Origin: Thermoplasmatales archaeon SW_10_69_26
Lineage (GTDB): Archaea > Thermoplasmatota > SW-10-69-26
Direction of reading: 5' to 3'
Assembly (NCBI GenBank): GCA_003009755.1
Contig: PXUB01000009.1
Coordinates: 1-40,954, forward strand
DNA length: 40,954 nucleotides
Shown here: positions 8,779 to 19,040 of the stretch, piece after piece
Numbering within the stretch: the first letter of the stretch is position 1
Layout of the letters: every line of letters starts with the position of its first letter
Translations under genes and position numbers: made by a program
Notes under the pieces: generated by a model
The model's input: the letters and a program-made list of their open reading frames with translations, nothing else
The model's database searches: none
What the model was told of the DNA's origin: nothing

Positions 8779-10359
8779 ATGATCGGGACGGCTTGGGACG
8801 CCAGCGGAGCGCTCGCCGTCGTGCTGGCCCTGGCGATCGTGGTGCCCCCGGCAGGAGCCAACATCGACGCCGGGGCCGCGCCCACCCCCGCCGTGGTTGC
8901 GCCGGAGCCGATGGACGCCGAGCTCGCCCAGCCACTGGTCAAGCTCGCCACCACGCCAGGCGAGATCGAAGCGATCCACGCCGGCCACGCCGCGGGGCAC
9001 GCCTGGGCCCAGACCACGCTGGCCGAGCCACCGAGGCTGGCTGAGGCTGTCGACGCACTCTACGAGGCCCACGGCCTCGCCCACGCGGACACCCTCGCAG
9101 ACGTGCCCGCCCCCGCCGAGGGGCCGCTGGCCACCCTCGTCACGCTGGCCGCCCACCACGCCGCCAACACCGGCCCCTACGCCGACGTGACCGACGAGAC
9201 GACCCACGCCACGACGCTCGGCGCCATCGATCCGATCCGCGACGAGCTACGCGAGATCCGCCACGACCTGCCCGCAGACCCGATCGTCGTCGACCCGCTC
9301 GGCCTCGTCGTCCTCGGCGGCAGCGGCGACAACACCTACACCCCCAACACCGTCGGCCCGACCGTCTGGCAGGGGCCACTCATCCTCGTCGAACCGGCAG
9401 GTGACGACACCTACGACATCCCCGTCGCCGCCCCGACCACTATCCATCGCCCTGATGACCCACTCAACGCGGTAGGCAACGACGTCCAATACGGCTCGTT
9501 CGCCCTCGAGTTCGAGGGCAACGACACCTACACCAAACGCACCGCCAGCGCTGATCTTGGCCCCGCCACCAACGCCATCCTCCTCGACGAACGAGGCAAC
9601 GACACCTACAGCCAACCCCACATCGAACGCACCACCGCCCACGCCAGCCCCGGCTTCGCCTACCTCCTCGACGAGCAAGGCCACGACACGTACCACGGCG
9701 ACGGTCACTACGAACCTCCGTTCATCCGGACCGGCAGCATCGCCTTCGCCCACCGAGCCAGCACCGCCATCCTTTGGGACCAGCGCGGTAACGACACCTA
9801 TCAGGCCGACGACGACGCTCACTTCAGCCACGCCATGGCCCATAGCCAGGACGCCGGGGCTCTACTGTGGGACGAGGAAGGCAACGATATATACATTGCC
9901 AACCAGGACGCTTTTGCCTCATCCTGGAACGACGCCGTCGCTCGTTTCGTCGACGAACGAGGCGATGACACATACGATGTCTTCAGCCCCCGCGGCGACT
10001 TCGGCTCGCATTACGAACAGCTCTCCCCCCGTCGGGGCGACAGCACCCTCAACCGAGGTCTCGGCGAGTTCGTCGACGCCCGCGGCCAGGACACCTACAC
10101 CTGGGACCCAATCGTCGGAGACAGCGAAGACCTACCCACCAACAACGAGACTCACGTCGACCACCGGGAGGATCGGAAATGGGGCGTCTTCATCGACTGC
10201 CAGACGCCGGCCGACGCGGATCGGCCGTGTGAGGAGGAACAGCACGAGGCTCGATGCACGATCGTGCGCCATCCGGCGGAGGTCCCGAGCCCGCTGGACG
10301 GTCTGCTCTCCCCCGCCCAGCATGCCATCGATGAACGGTGCCGGTCGGCCGGGCCCTGA
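8779..10359 (+). CDS. Secreted protein with nine (D/E)xxG(N/D)DTY repeats (putative Ca-binding solenoid)
   Basis: Signal-peptide-like N-terminus. Repeats GGSGDNTY, EPAGDDTY, EFEGNDTY, DERGNDTY, DEQGHDTY, DQRGNDTY, DEEGNDIY, DERGDDTY, DARGQDTY. Confidence 0.75.
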   Translation: MIGTAWDASGALAVVLALAIVVPPAGANIDAGAAPTPAVVAPEPMDAELAQPLVKLATTPGEIEAIHAGHAAGHAWAQTTLAEPPRLAEAVDALYEAHGLAHADTLADVPAPAEGPLATLVTLAAHHAANTGPYADVTDETTHATTLGAIDPIRDELREIRHDLPADPIVVDPLGLVVLGGSGDNTYTPNTVGPTVWQGPLILVEPAGDDTYDIPVAAPTTIHRPDDPLNAVGNDVQYGSFALEFEGNDTYTKRTASADLGPATNAILLDERGNDTYSQPHIERTTAHASPGFAYLLDEQGHDTYHGDGHYEPPFIRTGSIAFAHRASTAILWDQRGNDTYQADDDAHFSHAMAHSQDAGALLWDEEGNDIYIANQDAFASSWNDAVARFVDERGDDTYDVFSPRGDFGSHYEQLSPRRGDSTLNRGLGEFVDARGQDTYTWDPIVGDSEDLPTNNETHVDHREDRKWGVFIDCQTPADADRPCEEEQHEARCTIVRHPAEVPSPLDGLLSPAQHAIDERCRSAGP

Positions 10360-10466
10360 CCTGCGCTACGACCGGTTCTCCTCCAACCGGGCCCGTTCGC
10401 CCATTGGTCCACGGAGACGAGGGTTTTTCAGCAGGGGGGCGTGGGACGGCGGCGCGGGAAGGGACG

Positions 10467-13214
10467 ATGTCGGACAGGGCTGCGATGCAGGCGATCCAAG
10501 CCCCGCTGATCATGCTGATGGTGCTCGGTGCCATCGTCTTCGCCATCCACGCCGGCGGACCGGGATCTCCGCAGGCCCAGGAAGCCTACGAGAACAAGGA
10601 ACAGCAGACCCGCCAGATCGTGTATCGAGGGATGGATTGGTGCTGTCCCCCGGATCCCTCGTCGCGAAGCATCCTCCAGGACCGGGCGATGCAAGCTTGG
10701 GCTGGGGACGAGGAGCCGCTGGTGGCGACGTTCGGACCGTGGTTCCCCGAACAGGACACCACCGAGTTCGCGGTGAAGGCCAGCTGGGCCGCGCGGGACG
10801 GACCCGCCACCCACACCGTCGACCTGTACCGGTCGGCGCCCGCCGAGGGCAAGACCGCCGGCAGCCAGCAGCTGGCCAAGCCAGCCCACCAGGGTCCAGC
10901 CTTCGTCGTCCCCCGCTTGGACAAGGTGGCCCCCACGTCCAGCGCCGACGTGCTCGCCCTGCCCGTCCACAACCTGTGGCCCTACCACGTCGGGCCGCGG
11001 GGAGCCCACGCTGACCACATCGAGACCGAGATCGTCTACCAGCGGACCAGCCCCGGCGACTCCGGCACCTACGAGGCCGAGATGACCGGCCACACGGAGG
11101 TCACCGGCGCCGCCCGGCCTGCTACCGATATGCACTTCGCAGAGCCCGATTGGGAGCGCTTGGAAGCTCGGAACGAACGCCTCGGCCTGACGGTGTCGGT
11201 CGGCGACTCGACGCGGACGTTCACCCAAGCGCTGACGAAGGAAGATCTGAGCGCTGAGAGATCCCTCCATACAAGTGATGCATTCAACGACTCGGAGGAT
11301 CTCGACTCCGGAGCCTACCCTCATCACCCCTTCCAGGTCAACGTCAACCTCTCCGGCCCGGGCGCCATCGACGCCGGGGCCCGCAACGCCACCGACGGGA
11401 ACACGACCCAGTTCGACGAAGCCTACAAGCTCAAGGTCCACGTTCCACGGAACTGGACCGAGGTCACGATTACGCCCGAGCCCGGCGATGCAGATGACAA
11501 CAAGGAGAACAATTGGACCCGCACCTCGGTCGAGGAACTCCCCTCCGGCGGGCACCGGATCACCAGCTTCCTGAACGTGACCGCGGAGTTCAGCGTCTCC
11601 GGCACCCGCCACGTCGACCGGCCACGCTGGGTGCTGACCAACGGCACCGAGATCAACGCACCGTTCCGCTTCCACGCCCGGCCCCCATCGGACACCGAGT
11701 CGACGGAGCTGGGCTTCCAGGACATCGAAGCGACGCTGGAAGCGATGCGCTTCAACGCGCGGGAGACCGCCGATCTCACCGTCGAGGTGGCCTCCAGCCC
11801 CGGCCGCGTGCACCGCAGCCTGGACGTCCACGCACCCAGCCTCGTGCCCGAGACGCCGTGGGCCGCTGGGGATCCGCCGACACCCGAGGGCATCCGCCTG
11901 CCGATCGGCGCCACCCTGAAGAACGGCGGTGAGAGCACCGAGGTCGACCGCATCACGTGGACGATCCCCCAAGCCACGTGGACCGACGAGGACCGGAACC
12001 CGCTACGTCGCATCGAGCCGCTCGAGGACTTCACCGGCGGCGAGGGTCGCTGGAGCTACAGCCAGGCGAACGGCACGCTCACCGTGAGATGGCAGCCCGA
12101 TCTCACGCTGACCCCCACGGAGCGGACCTGCGACGGGCTCGAGGCCTGCGCCGTCGCCGCCTCGCTCGTGCTCGACGGTCGCGGGCTGAACCAGCGACCG
12201 CTGTGGGGCGAACCCAAGCTCGTCAGCTTGTACGAGACCGACGACAGCCGAGACTACGTCGACTGGTTCGTGCGCAGCCTCGACGCCTGGGAGGGCGTGC
12301 CCGTCGAGCACGACCAGCGCCCGGGCTTCGCTCTCGGCCACCGCTACCCGATCGCCGAGGCCGGGCCCGCCGAGGGCGCCTACCGGTTCACCGTTCCCCC
12401 GACACTCACGCCCGCGTGCGAGGAGCAGTTGCGGGAGCGGAACCAGGCGGACCGTTCCCGACGTGGCGACACGGTCCACTACGACTTCGGGCCCCGGGAG
12501 GACGGGCTCCCTCATCTCGCCCCCCTCTGCGAACAACGCTCGCGACAGTTCCTCGCCGTCGCCGAGATGGGCGACCGCTACCACACCGACGCGATCGGCA
12601 ACCGAGCCTACGAATCCGTCGCCGACCTCTCCGGGCAGACCGTCGCCAAGTGGCACAACGGCCTGGCCGAGTCGAGCGTGTCCGGGCCGAGCGAGACCCC
12701 AGCCGGCAGCCCAGCGAACTTCAGCGTCCAGATGGACTCCCTGCTCGATCAACTCGTCCACGACGGCGTGGGCAACGCCACGCTCGAGGCCGAGATCTAC
12801 GACCCCTCCAACGCCTGGGAGAACCACCCCTGGTACCACGAGGTGCTCCGCGAACACGCGGGGTTGGCCACCGACCCGAACATCGACACGACCGACGAGA
12901 AGATCGACCGGACTTTCGAGGACCCCGAGGAGCCGGATTGCCAACACTCCCAGCACCGACACGAATGCGAACGAGCCGACACCGGCAAGCCCATCCCCTC
13001 CTCGTTCAACCTCTCGACCCCGATCCCCGAGGACACCGTCCCTGGGACCCACCTCCTCGTCCTCGAGGTCAGCTGGGGGTTCACCACCGCCGGCGGAACC
13101 GAGATCACGGAGACCGGACGGTTGATCGAGCCGTTCGACGTGCTCCCTCCGCAAGGGGGCCGCGTCCAAGGCACGGCGCTGGGCATGACGGCCTGGGACA
13201 CCGACTGGCGGTGA
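10467..13214 (+). CDS. Large surface protein with putative class III (prepilin-like) signal peptide
   Basis: MSDRA|AMQAIQAPLIMLMVLGAIVFAI (short charged leader, small residue, hydrophobic helix). About 915 aa, beta-rich, many N-x-S/T sequons. Confidence 0.6.
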   Translation: MSDRAAMQAIQAPLIMLMVLGAIVFAIHAGGPGSPQAQEAYENKEQQTRQIVYRGMDWCCPPDPSSRSILQDRAMQAWAGDEEPLVATFGPWFPEQDTTEFAVKASWAARDGPATHTVDLYRSAPAEGKTAGSQQLAKPAHQGPAFVVPRLDKVAPTSSADVLALPVHNLWPYHVGPRGAHADHIETEIVYQRTSPGDSGTYEAEMTGHTEVTGAARPATDMHFAEPDWERLEARNERLGLTVSVGDSTRTFTQALTKEDLSAERSLHTSDAFNDSEDLDSGAYPHHPFQVNVNLSGPGAIDAGARNATDGNTTQFDEAYKLKVHVPRNWTEVTITPEPGDADDNKENNWTRTSVEELPSGGHRITSFLNVTAEFSVSGTRHVDRPRWVLTNGTEINAPFRFHARPPSDTESTELGFQDIEATLEAMRFNARETADLTVEVASSPGRVHRSLDVHAPSLVPETPWAAGDPPTPEGIRLPIGATLKNGGESTEVDRITWTIPQATWTDEDRNPLRRIEPLEDFTGGEGRWSYSQANGTLTVRWQPDLTLTPTERTCDGLEACAVAASLVLDGRGLNQRPLWGEPKLVSLYETDDSRDYVDWFVRSLDAWEGVPVEHDQRPGFALGHRYPIAEAGPAEGAYRFTVPPTLTPACEEQLRERNQADRSRRGDTVHYDFGPREDGLPHLAPLCEQRSRQFLAVAEMGDRYHTDAIGNRAYESVADLSGQTVAKWHNGLAESSVSGPSETPAGSPANFSVQMDSLLDQLVHDGVGNATLEAEIYDPSNAWENHPWYHEVLREHAGLATDPNIDTTDEKIDRTFEDPEEPDCQHSQHRHECERADTGKPIPSSFNLSTPIPEDTVPGTHLLVLEVSWGFTTAGGTEITETGRLIEPFDVLPPQGGRVQGTALGMTAWDTDWR

Positions 13215-13262
13215 GCATCCCTCCCGCCACAACTTTTGTACCGTTCCCTGCATCGCGGCCTC

Positions 13263-14954
13263 GTGCCCGTCGTCAAGTTCGACCGCGAGCGTCTGGTCGA
13301 CGCCGTCGACGCCAGCGTGACTGATGACGAGCTGGCCGAAGCGCTCGCCATGCTCGGCTGCGTGCCGGAGGAGACCGGCGCCGAGTGGGCCGTCGAGGTG
13401 TTCCCCGACCGCCCCGACCTGCTGTCGGCCGAGCTGCTGGCCCGCGCCCTGCGCACCTACCTCGGCGACGAGCCCGGCCTGACGACGCACGACGTCGCCG
13501 AACCCGAGGAGACGCTGGTCTCGGATGCCTCCGTCGAGGAGGTCCGCCCGGTGATCGTGGGCGGGCGCGCAGGCGGCATCGATCTCGACGATGGCACGCT
13601 GACGGGCCTGATGGATCTCCAGGAGGACCTGCACTGGGGGCTGGGCGCCCGCCGCCGCAAGGTCAGCGTCGGCATCCACGATGCGGCCGGCTTGACCCCG
13701 CCCTACACCTACAAGGCGGTCGACCCGGACGAGGTCAGCTTCGTCCCGCTGAAGGGCGCCCAGCGGATGACGATGCGGGAGATGACCGCCAAGATCGAGA
13801 AAGGAGTCGAGTTCGCTCACCTCGTCGAGGACCACGACCGCTGGCCGTTGATCGTGGACGACGAGGCCCAGGTTCTGTCCTTCCCGCCGATCATCAACGG
13901 CACCGAGACGACGGTGACCGCGGACACCGACGACGTCTTCGTCGACGTGACCGGCACCGACGAGCGCGCCTGCCGCGAGGTGCTCACCGTCGTCATGGCG
14001 CAGCTGGCCGAGCTCGGCGGCGAGCTCGAGCAGATCGAGGTCGTCCGCCCCGAGGGCTCGGTGACGACGCCCCAGCTGGATCCCTCCAGCCACGAGCTCG
14101 AGCTGGCCCGTGCCCGTTCGCTGTTGGGCGGCTCCTTCGAGGCCGAAGATGCGGTGCAGGCGCTCGAGCGCATGGGCCATGGCGCCGAGACCGCCGGCGA
14201 CGAGCTCGCGGTCGAGGTCCCCGCCTGGCGATCGGACGTCCTGCACGAGGTGGATCTGGTGGAGGACGTGGCCATCGGGATCGGCTACGACCGGTTTACC
14301 GGCGCGCAGCCGACGGCCGTGACCTACGGCGAGCCTTCGCCCGGCGAGGCCTTCCACGAGCAGGTGCGTCGCGCCCTCACCGGGTTCGGCTACCTCGAGT
14401 GCTTGACCCTGACGCTGCGCAACCGGGAGGAGCAGACCGACCTGATCGAGGCCGCGGACCTGCTCGTGGCGGTCCAAAACCCGGTCAGCCAGGAGCAGGA
14501 GGTGCTCCGCCGACGGCTGGTGCCGTGCCTGTTGGATCTGGCGGCCGAGAACACGCACCGCGATCTTCCCCAGCAGCTGTTCGAGGTCGGCGAGGTCGTC
14601 GTCCCCGACGAGGGCTCGGCGGACAACGAGCCGCGCGTCGCCGGCATCACGGTCGACCCCGAGGCCGGCTTCACCGACGCCAAACAGCACGTCGAAGGCC
14701 TGCTTCGCGCGCTCGCGATCCCCTGCCAGCTGGAGGCCGCCGAGGCTCCCGGCTACATCGAGGGCCGGTGCGCGGCCGTCCACCACGCCGCCACCGGCGA
14801 CCGCCTGGGCACGCTCGGCGAGGTCCACCCGGCCACGCTCGAGCAACTGGAGGTCACGACGCCCGTGGCCGCCTTCGAGCTGTGCTTCACCGAGCACCCC
14901 GAGGCCGGCAGCTGGGGGCCCGAAACCCGCTCGGCGCCGGCGAGCCCCGACTGA
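13263..14954 (+). CDS. pheT: Phenylalanine--tRNA ligase beta subunit (archaeal type)
   Basis: MPVV start (GTG), PDRPDLLS, QEDLHWGLGARRRKVSVGIHD, SFPPIING, PAWRSDVLHEVDLVEDVAIGIGY, GEVHP. Confidence 0.97.
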   Translation: MPVVKFDRERLVDAVDASVTDDELAEALAMLGCVPEETGAEWAVEVFPDRPDLLSAELLARALRTYLGDEPGLTTHDVAEPEETLVSDASVEEVRPVIVGGRAGGIDLDDGTLTGLMDLQEDLHWGLGARRRKVSVGIHDAAGLTPPYTYKAVDPDEVSFVPLKGAQRMTMREMTAKIEKGVEFAHLVEDHDRWPLIVDDEAQVLSFPPIINGTETTVTADTDDVFVDVTGTDERACREVLTVVMAQLAELGGELEQIEVVRPEGSVTTPQLDPSSHELELARARSLLGGSFEAEDAVQALERMGHGAETAGDELAVEVPAWRSDVLHEVDLVEDVAIGIGYDRFTGAQPTAVTYGEPSPGEAFHEQVRRALTGFGYLECLTLTLRNREEQTDLIEAADLLVAVQNPVSQEQEVLRRRLVPCLLDLAAENTHRDLPQQLFEVGEVVVPDEGSADNEPRVAGITVDPEAGFTDAKQHVEGLLRALAIPCQLEAAEAPGYIEGRCAAVHHAATGDRLGTLGEVHPATLEQLEVTTPVAAFELCFTEHPEAGSWGPETRSAPASPD

Positions 14955-15044
14955 GCGCGGCGGCCCGAGGCGAGAGCCAACGAGGAAACGCTCAAATACA
15001 CCTCCTCGTTGTATGAGACACAAGCTCGCACAACGAGGGTCGGG

Positions 15045-15482
15045 ATGAAGATCGACATCGGTCGCGGCAAGATCCTGGGCACGAAGGAGGTCAGCGCCAA
15101 CGGCCAGATCAGCGGTTTCAAGGATTACGCCGGCCGCGAGGTGCTGGTGATCCTGCCAGCCGAGGAGACCGAGGTCGAGCCCGACCCGGCCGAGGTCGTC
15201 GAGGAGGTCAAGCTCGCCACGCAGCACCACATGCGCGTGGCGTTCAACGAGTACGAGCAGGCCAAGGATCGGTTCCGCGGCCCCGGCGAGGCCACCCGCC
15301 GGTTCCTCGAAGATCACACCCCGGACTCCTTCCAGGGATTGTACGGCGAGATCGAACGGTGGCTGGGCGAGCAGACCGGCAAAGCCGAGGACAGGGTCCG
15401 CGAGGCGCTCGACGCCGAACGCCCCGAGCCTGCCTTGGCCGAGGACGACCCGACGGAACCCGACAAGGAGGAGATCGAATGA
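15045..15482 (+). CDS. DUF2080/AbrB-like N-terminal domain protein with helical C-terminus
   Basis: KEVSANGQISGFKDYAGREVLVIL resembles the swapped-hairpin DUF2080/AbrB pattern. Confidence 0.6.
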   Translation: MKIDIGRGKILGTKEVSANGQISGFKDYAGREVLVILPAEETEVEPDPAEVVEEVKLATQHHMRVAFNEYEQAKDRFRGPGEATRRFLEDHTPDSFQGLYGEIERWLGEQTGKAEDRVREALDAERPEPALAEDDPTEPDKEEIE

Positions 15483-16015
15483 AGTTCGACGATGTGAAGC
15501 GAACAGCACGCGAGACGGTGAACGATCTGTCGCGGTACGCGACCGAGCACGCCGAGCTCGCTCGCGAGCAGTACGAGGACTACACCGAGCGCCACGGCGA
15601 CCCGGTCGAGAAGGCCCGCGAGCAGGTGCGCGAGCCCGTCGAGGAGACCCAGGAGCAGATCCTGGAGCTCTCTGAGGACGTCAACGAACAGACCCAGCGG
15701 CTCGCGATCGAGGTCACCGAGCAGGCCGACGCCATCACGCGCGTCGTGAACGCCGAGGCCCAACGGATGACCAAGGAGGTCGCCGAGCGCGTGGAGCCCG
15801 TCGTCGGTTTGGTCGAGGGGGCGCGCCCGCCGAAGCGTGGCGTCGAGACCGAGGAGGTCCCGCCGACGGGCGAGGACGAGGGCGAGGAGACCGACACCCC
15901 GATCGCGTCCGAGGAGGCCGAGGAGCCGCCCACGCCCCCGAAGAGCGAGGACGGCACCGGCACCGCCGAGCCCTCGGAGACCACCCAGGCCTCTGACGAG
16001 CCGGAAGGCGCCTGA
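15479..16015 (+). CDS. Amphipathic helical (phasin/apolipoprotein-like) hypothetical protein with acidic disordered tail
   Basis: ATGA overlap with the upstream gene and GGAG RBS. Roughly 11-residue amphipathic periodicity (AREQYEDYTER/AREQVREPVEE). Confidence 0.6.
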   Translation: MKFDDVKRTARETVNDLSRYATEHAELAREQYEDYTERHGDPVEKAREQVREPVEETQEQILELSEDVNEQTQRLAIEVTEQADAITRVVNAEAQRMTKEVAERVEPVVGLVEGARPPKRGVETEEVPPTGEDEGEETDTPIASEEAEEPPTPPKSEDGTGTAEPSETTQASDEPEGA

Positions 16016-17647
16016 TCAGGGGTCCTCGGGGGGTACGTACTCCGGCGTGCCCGTCGGCTCCTCCGCGTATCGACGGTAGCCGTACCAGGCTAGCCCGGCC
16101 ACGATCACCAGCAGCAAGATCGCGGTGTTGTAGAACGGCCGGTAGTCCTGGTAGTGGTTCAGCACGTTGAACGGGAACGGGGAGTCCTCTTGACGGGGGA
16201 CGTTGGGCTCCCCGCCGGCGGTCGACGAGGCGAGGTCGTAGGGCGTCTCCGTGTAGAACGTGTACTGTTCTTCGGTGACGCGCCCGAGCGCGTCCTCAGC
16301 CCGGATGATCAACTGGTGACGGCCCGGGTCGAGGATCTCCGGCTCGATCACCGCCTCCCAGGCGAGGCCCTCGTCCGTCCGTTGCGTCTGAAGCTCCTCC
16401 ATCGGCGAGCCGTCCACGGACCCCATCACCCGCACGATCGGTTCCCGGGGGTCTTGGGAGGCCACCGTGCCTTCGAAGGTCTCGACCGACTCGACGATGC
16501 TTCGCCTGTACTTGGGTTCCATCGTGATCTGCGCATCGCGGAACAAGCGAACCTCGCGGAGGTCGGAGACGTACAGTTGCCGGGTCCCCTCCTGGGAGTC
16601 GGCCTCGCCACGGATGTTCTGCTCGTAGACGAGGTGGTCGTCGCCGCAGGTCCCGCTGAACGTCTCGGCGCCGAACATGATCGTGCCGTCGACGAAGCGG
16701 TCCCACAGGGCGACGGCGGACGCCTCGGTCGTGGACGTGCCCGGCTGGTCCCACACGACCCCGGCCTCGCAGTGATCGAGGCAGCGGTGGGGGTACACGC
16801 TGGTGCGGAACTTGTCCAGCCCCGTCGTGAGGTTGTACAGCGTCGTGTACGTTCCGCGGGTGAACTCGCCGCCGTACTTGGCGATCCAGGCCAGGCCTGC
16901 CGGCCCGAGCTCGGGGCCGTCGGTGACGTGGTACAGGCCTTCGACCTCGGTCACGTTCCCGTTCCGGGTGTCCTTGATGTGGAACTTCGCGCTGCGCTGG
17001 GACCCCTCGCCCCAGGCGAGCCAGGGGCCGTGGGCCGCGGGTTCGCCGACGATCTCGCGGCCACCGAGCGGTTCGGTGGTCTCCCCCGTGTCGGGATCGA
17101 AGGCCTTCAGGATGCGCTTGTCGTCCTGATGCACGGCGTAGTAGAGGGTGCCGTCGGCACCGAACGTCGGGCTGGACTCGATGTTGCCCTCGTCGGGGAC
17201 GTTGCGGATCCGGCCCGAGTCGAGATCGAGGACGGCGAGGTTCTCGTTGCGGGGATCTTCAGAGGGGTGGATCGTCCAAGCGACGTGGTCGCCCTCGATG
17301 ATCGGCGCCTTCTCGTCGTGGTCGGTGTTGGTGAGGGGGACGGCGGTGATGTTCTCTTCGGAGATGTTGGCCAGCATGATGTCCCAGGTCTCGTTCTCGC
17401 CCGGCAAGCGCTCCTGCCAGACGATGCGAGGGCCGTCCATGTCGGGGTTGAGCTGTTCGGCGAACTCGCGCTCGGGAGTGATCGGGAAGCCCGTGCCGCG
17501 CTCCTCGGACGCGTTCGCGTCGTCCTCGTCCCCCGTCTCTCCCTGGCCCTGGTCCCCGGCGTGGGCGAGGGCGGGCGGCACCGCGGCCTGGACCAACAAG
17601 ACCAGGGCGGCGACGACGGCGAAACGCACGGCACGGTCCACGTCCAT
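16016..17647 (-). CDS. Secreted beta-propeller (TolB-like) protein with Ig-like domain and C-terminal membrane anchor
   Basis: Signal peptide; PDMDGPRIVWQ, PIIEGDHVAW and PAAHGPWLAW repeats; C-terminal TM followed by RR. Confidence 0.7.
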   Translation of the reverse strand: MDVDRAVRFAVVAALVLLVQAAVPPALAHAGDQGQGETGDEDDANASEERGTGFPITPEREFAEQLNPDMDGPRIVWQERLPGENETWDIMLANISEENITAVPLTNTDHDEKAPIIEGDHVAWTIHPSEDPRNENLAVLDLDSGRIRNVPDEGNIESSPTFGADGTLYYAVHQDDKRILKAFDPDTGETTEPLGGREIVGEPAAHGPWLAWGEGSQRSAKFHIKDTRNGNVTEVEGLYHVTDGPELGPAGLAWIAKYGGEFTRGTYTTLYNLTTGLDKFRTSVYPHRCLDHCEAGVVWDQPGTSTTEASAVALWDRFVDGTIMFGAETFSGTCGDDHLVYEQNIRGEADSQEGTRQLYVSDLREVRLFRDAQITMEPKYRRSIVESVETFEGTVASQDPREPIVRVMGSVDGSPMEELQTQRTDEGLAWEAVIEPEILDPGRHQLIIRAEDALGRVTEEQYTFYTETPYDLASSTAGGEPNVPRQEDSPFPFNVLNHYQDYRPFYNTAILLLVIVAGLAWYGYRRYAEEPTGTPEYVPPEDP

Positions 17648-17731
17648 GGAGCCTTGTCTGGATTGTTCCCGAGGGACCGGTTCAAGACCCATGTGTAACG
17701 CCTCGTGGTCACACCCTCGTCGCCGGGGAGC

Positions 17732-18172
17732 TCAGAACTCTTCGAGGCTGGCTTGCGGTTCGCGATTGCGTTGTCGAGCGCGGGCGAGCGCAGCCTCGAG
17801 GATCGCCTCCAATCGCTCGCCGCGGGAGCGTTGATCGGGGTACTCGCTGCTCCACCGCTTCCAGTACGGGCGCTTGTGCGCCAGCTTGTACTTCAGCCCC
17901 TGCATCAGGGTCTGGTAGCTGTCTTTGTCGATCTTCTGGACGCGCTGGTGGCCGAGGATGTACCAATGGTACTTGGTGCCGGGATCGGCGCCCGAGCCCT
18001 CCGGGGCGGGGTCCCTGCGTCGCTTCTTGGAGGAGAAGGAGAACGACCAGCGGTCGGGGCCCTTTTTCTCTTCCTCCCAGCGGCCGTCGGGGTAGCGCCA
18101 CTCGTGGGTGCCGCCGACCGGCATCCCGGAGTATCGTTGCCCGTCGTGTTCCTTGACGTCGTCGTATCCCAT
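17732..18172 (-). CDS. Hypothetical basic, Trp-rich protein (146 aa)
   Basis: Clean ORF MGYDDVKEHDGQRYSGMPVGGTHEWRY...YHWYILGHQRVQKID...YKLAHKRPYWKRWS; basic, in contrast to the acidic proteome. Confidence 0.8.
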   Translation of the reverse strand: MGYDDVKEHDGQRYSGMPVGGTHEWRYPDGRWEEEKKGPDRWSFSFSSKKRRRDPAPEGSGADPGTKYHWYILGHQRVQKIDKDSYQTLMQGLKYKLAHKRPYWKRWSSEYPDQRSRGERLEAILEAALARARQRNREPQASLEEF

Positions 18173-18255
18173 CGACGAACGGTTCTCCCTCACCTGCAAA
18201 AACCCATGCCGCATGACCCCGAAACTACAGGCCCGGAGGACGGTGCCAGGCGCGA

Positions 18256-18640
18256 TCAGGCGGTCGCGACGTCCGCGGTGATCGTTCCGGTCGTGGCAAC
18301 CGACTCGCCCTCCGAGCCGCCGACGACGGGATCGCCGACGGCCACGCGCACCTGAGCGGCGCCCGACGACGGCACATCCACGGTGCTGGATGTGCCCACC
18401 CACGTGCCCTCGCCGCTCGTGTCGGACGCGTCGTCGAAGGGGCCGTTGTCGGCCGGTTGGAACGTCCCATATGCCGCTTGCTCGACGTCGCTGACGTCGT
18501 CGACCGTCACGTCGACCGAGGACGCCCCCGCGGGCACCTCGAAGCAGGCTCCGCCGAGGTTCGCATCGGTACCGCACCCGGTCGCGACGCCGCCAACGTC
18601 ACGACCGCGAGAAGCCCGACGGTTCGTCCGTGGACGATCC
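18256..18640 (-). pseudogene. Disrupted small secreted protein gene
   Basis: The body (NLGGACFEVPAGASSVDVTVDD...ATTGTITA) looks coding, but the hydrophobic leader (VGLLAVVTLAA) is in another frame near 18595. Confidence 0.5.
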
Positions 18641-18778
18641 AAACCTCGACGGGTCGGCGAGCTCCCGGACGGAAACGAGCAGCGGCGGTCGGGGGTGGGG
18701 TGTGAGGAGACCCCAGGCGCTCGGGACGACGTTCGCGGTCTCGGGGGTGCTCACGAGCCCCCATTGCCACCTCGGGCG

Positions 18779-19040
18779 CGTGGCGCCTCTCGACGGCCGG
18801 TCTTCCCCGCCCTCTCCGGACGACGGGCGCTCGAGGGCTCGCTTGTCGTCCGGAGACTCAGACGGAGCCTCGCTGCCGCCTCGGATCCGTCGAGCTTCTC
18901 AGCCGCCGTTCGTGGCGCTTCTCGACGGCCGGTCTTCCCCGGGTCTCTCCGCACGACGGGCGCTCGAGGGCTCGCTTGTCGTGCGGAGACTCAGACGGAT
19001 CCTCGCTGCCGCCTCGGATCCGTCGAGCTTCTCAGCCGCC
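18779..19040. repeat. Two tandem copies (about 130 bp) of a palindromic element just 3' of tRNA-Val
   Basis: 18779-18907 and 18911-19040 are near-identical and contain nested inverted repeats. Confidence 0.9.

Noticed and set aside
12003-15509. 1168-aa minus-strand ORF, and similar long antisense ORFs (118-2070, 24149-25849, 32524-35241)
   Set aside because: Shadow frames of high-GC genes on the opposite strand; no recognisable motifs.
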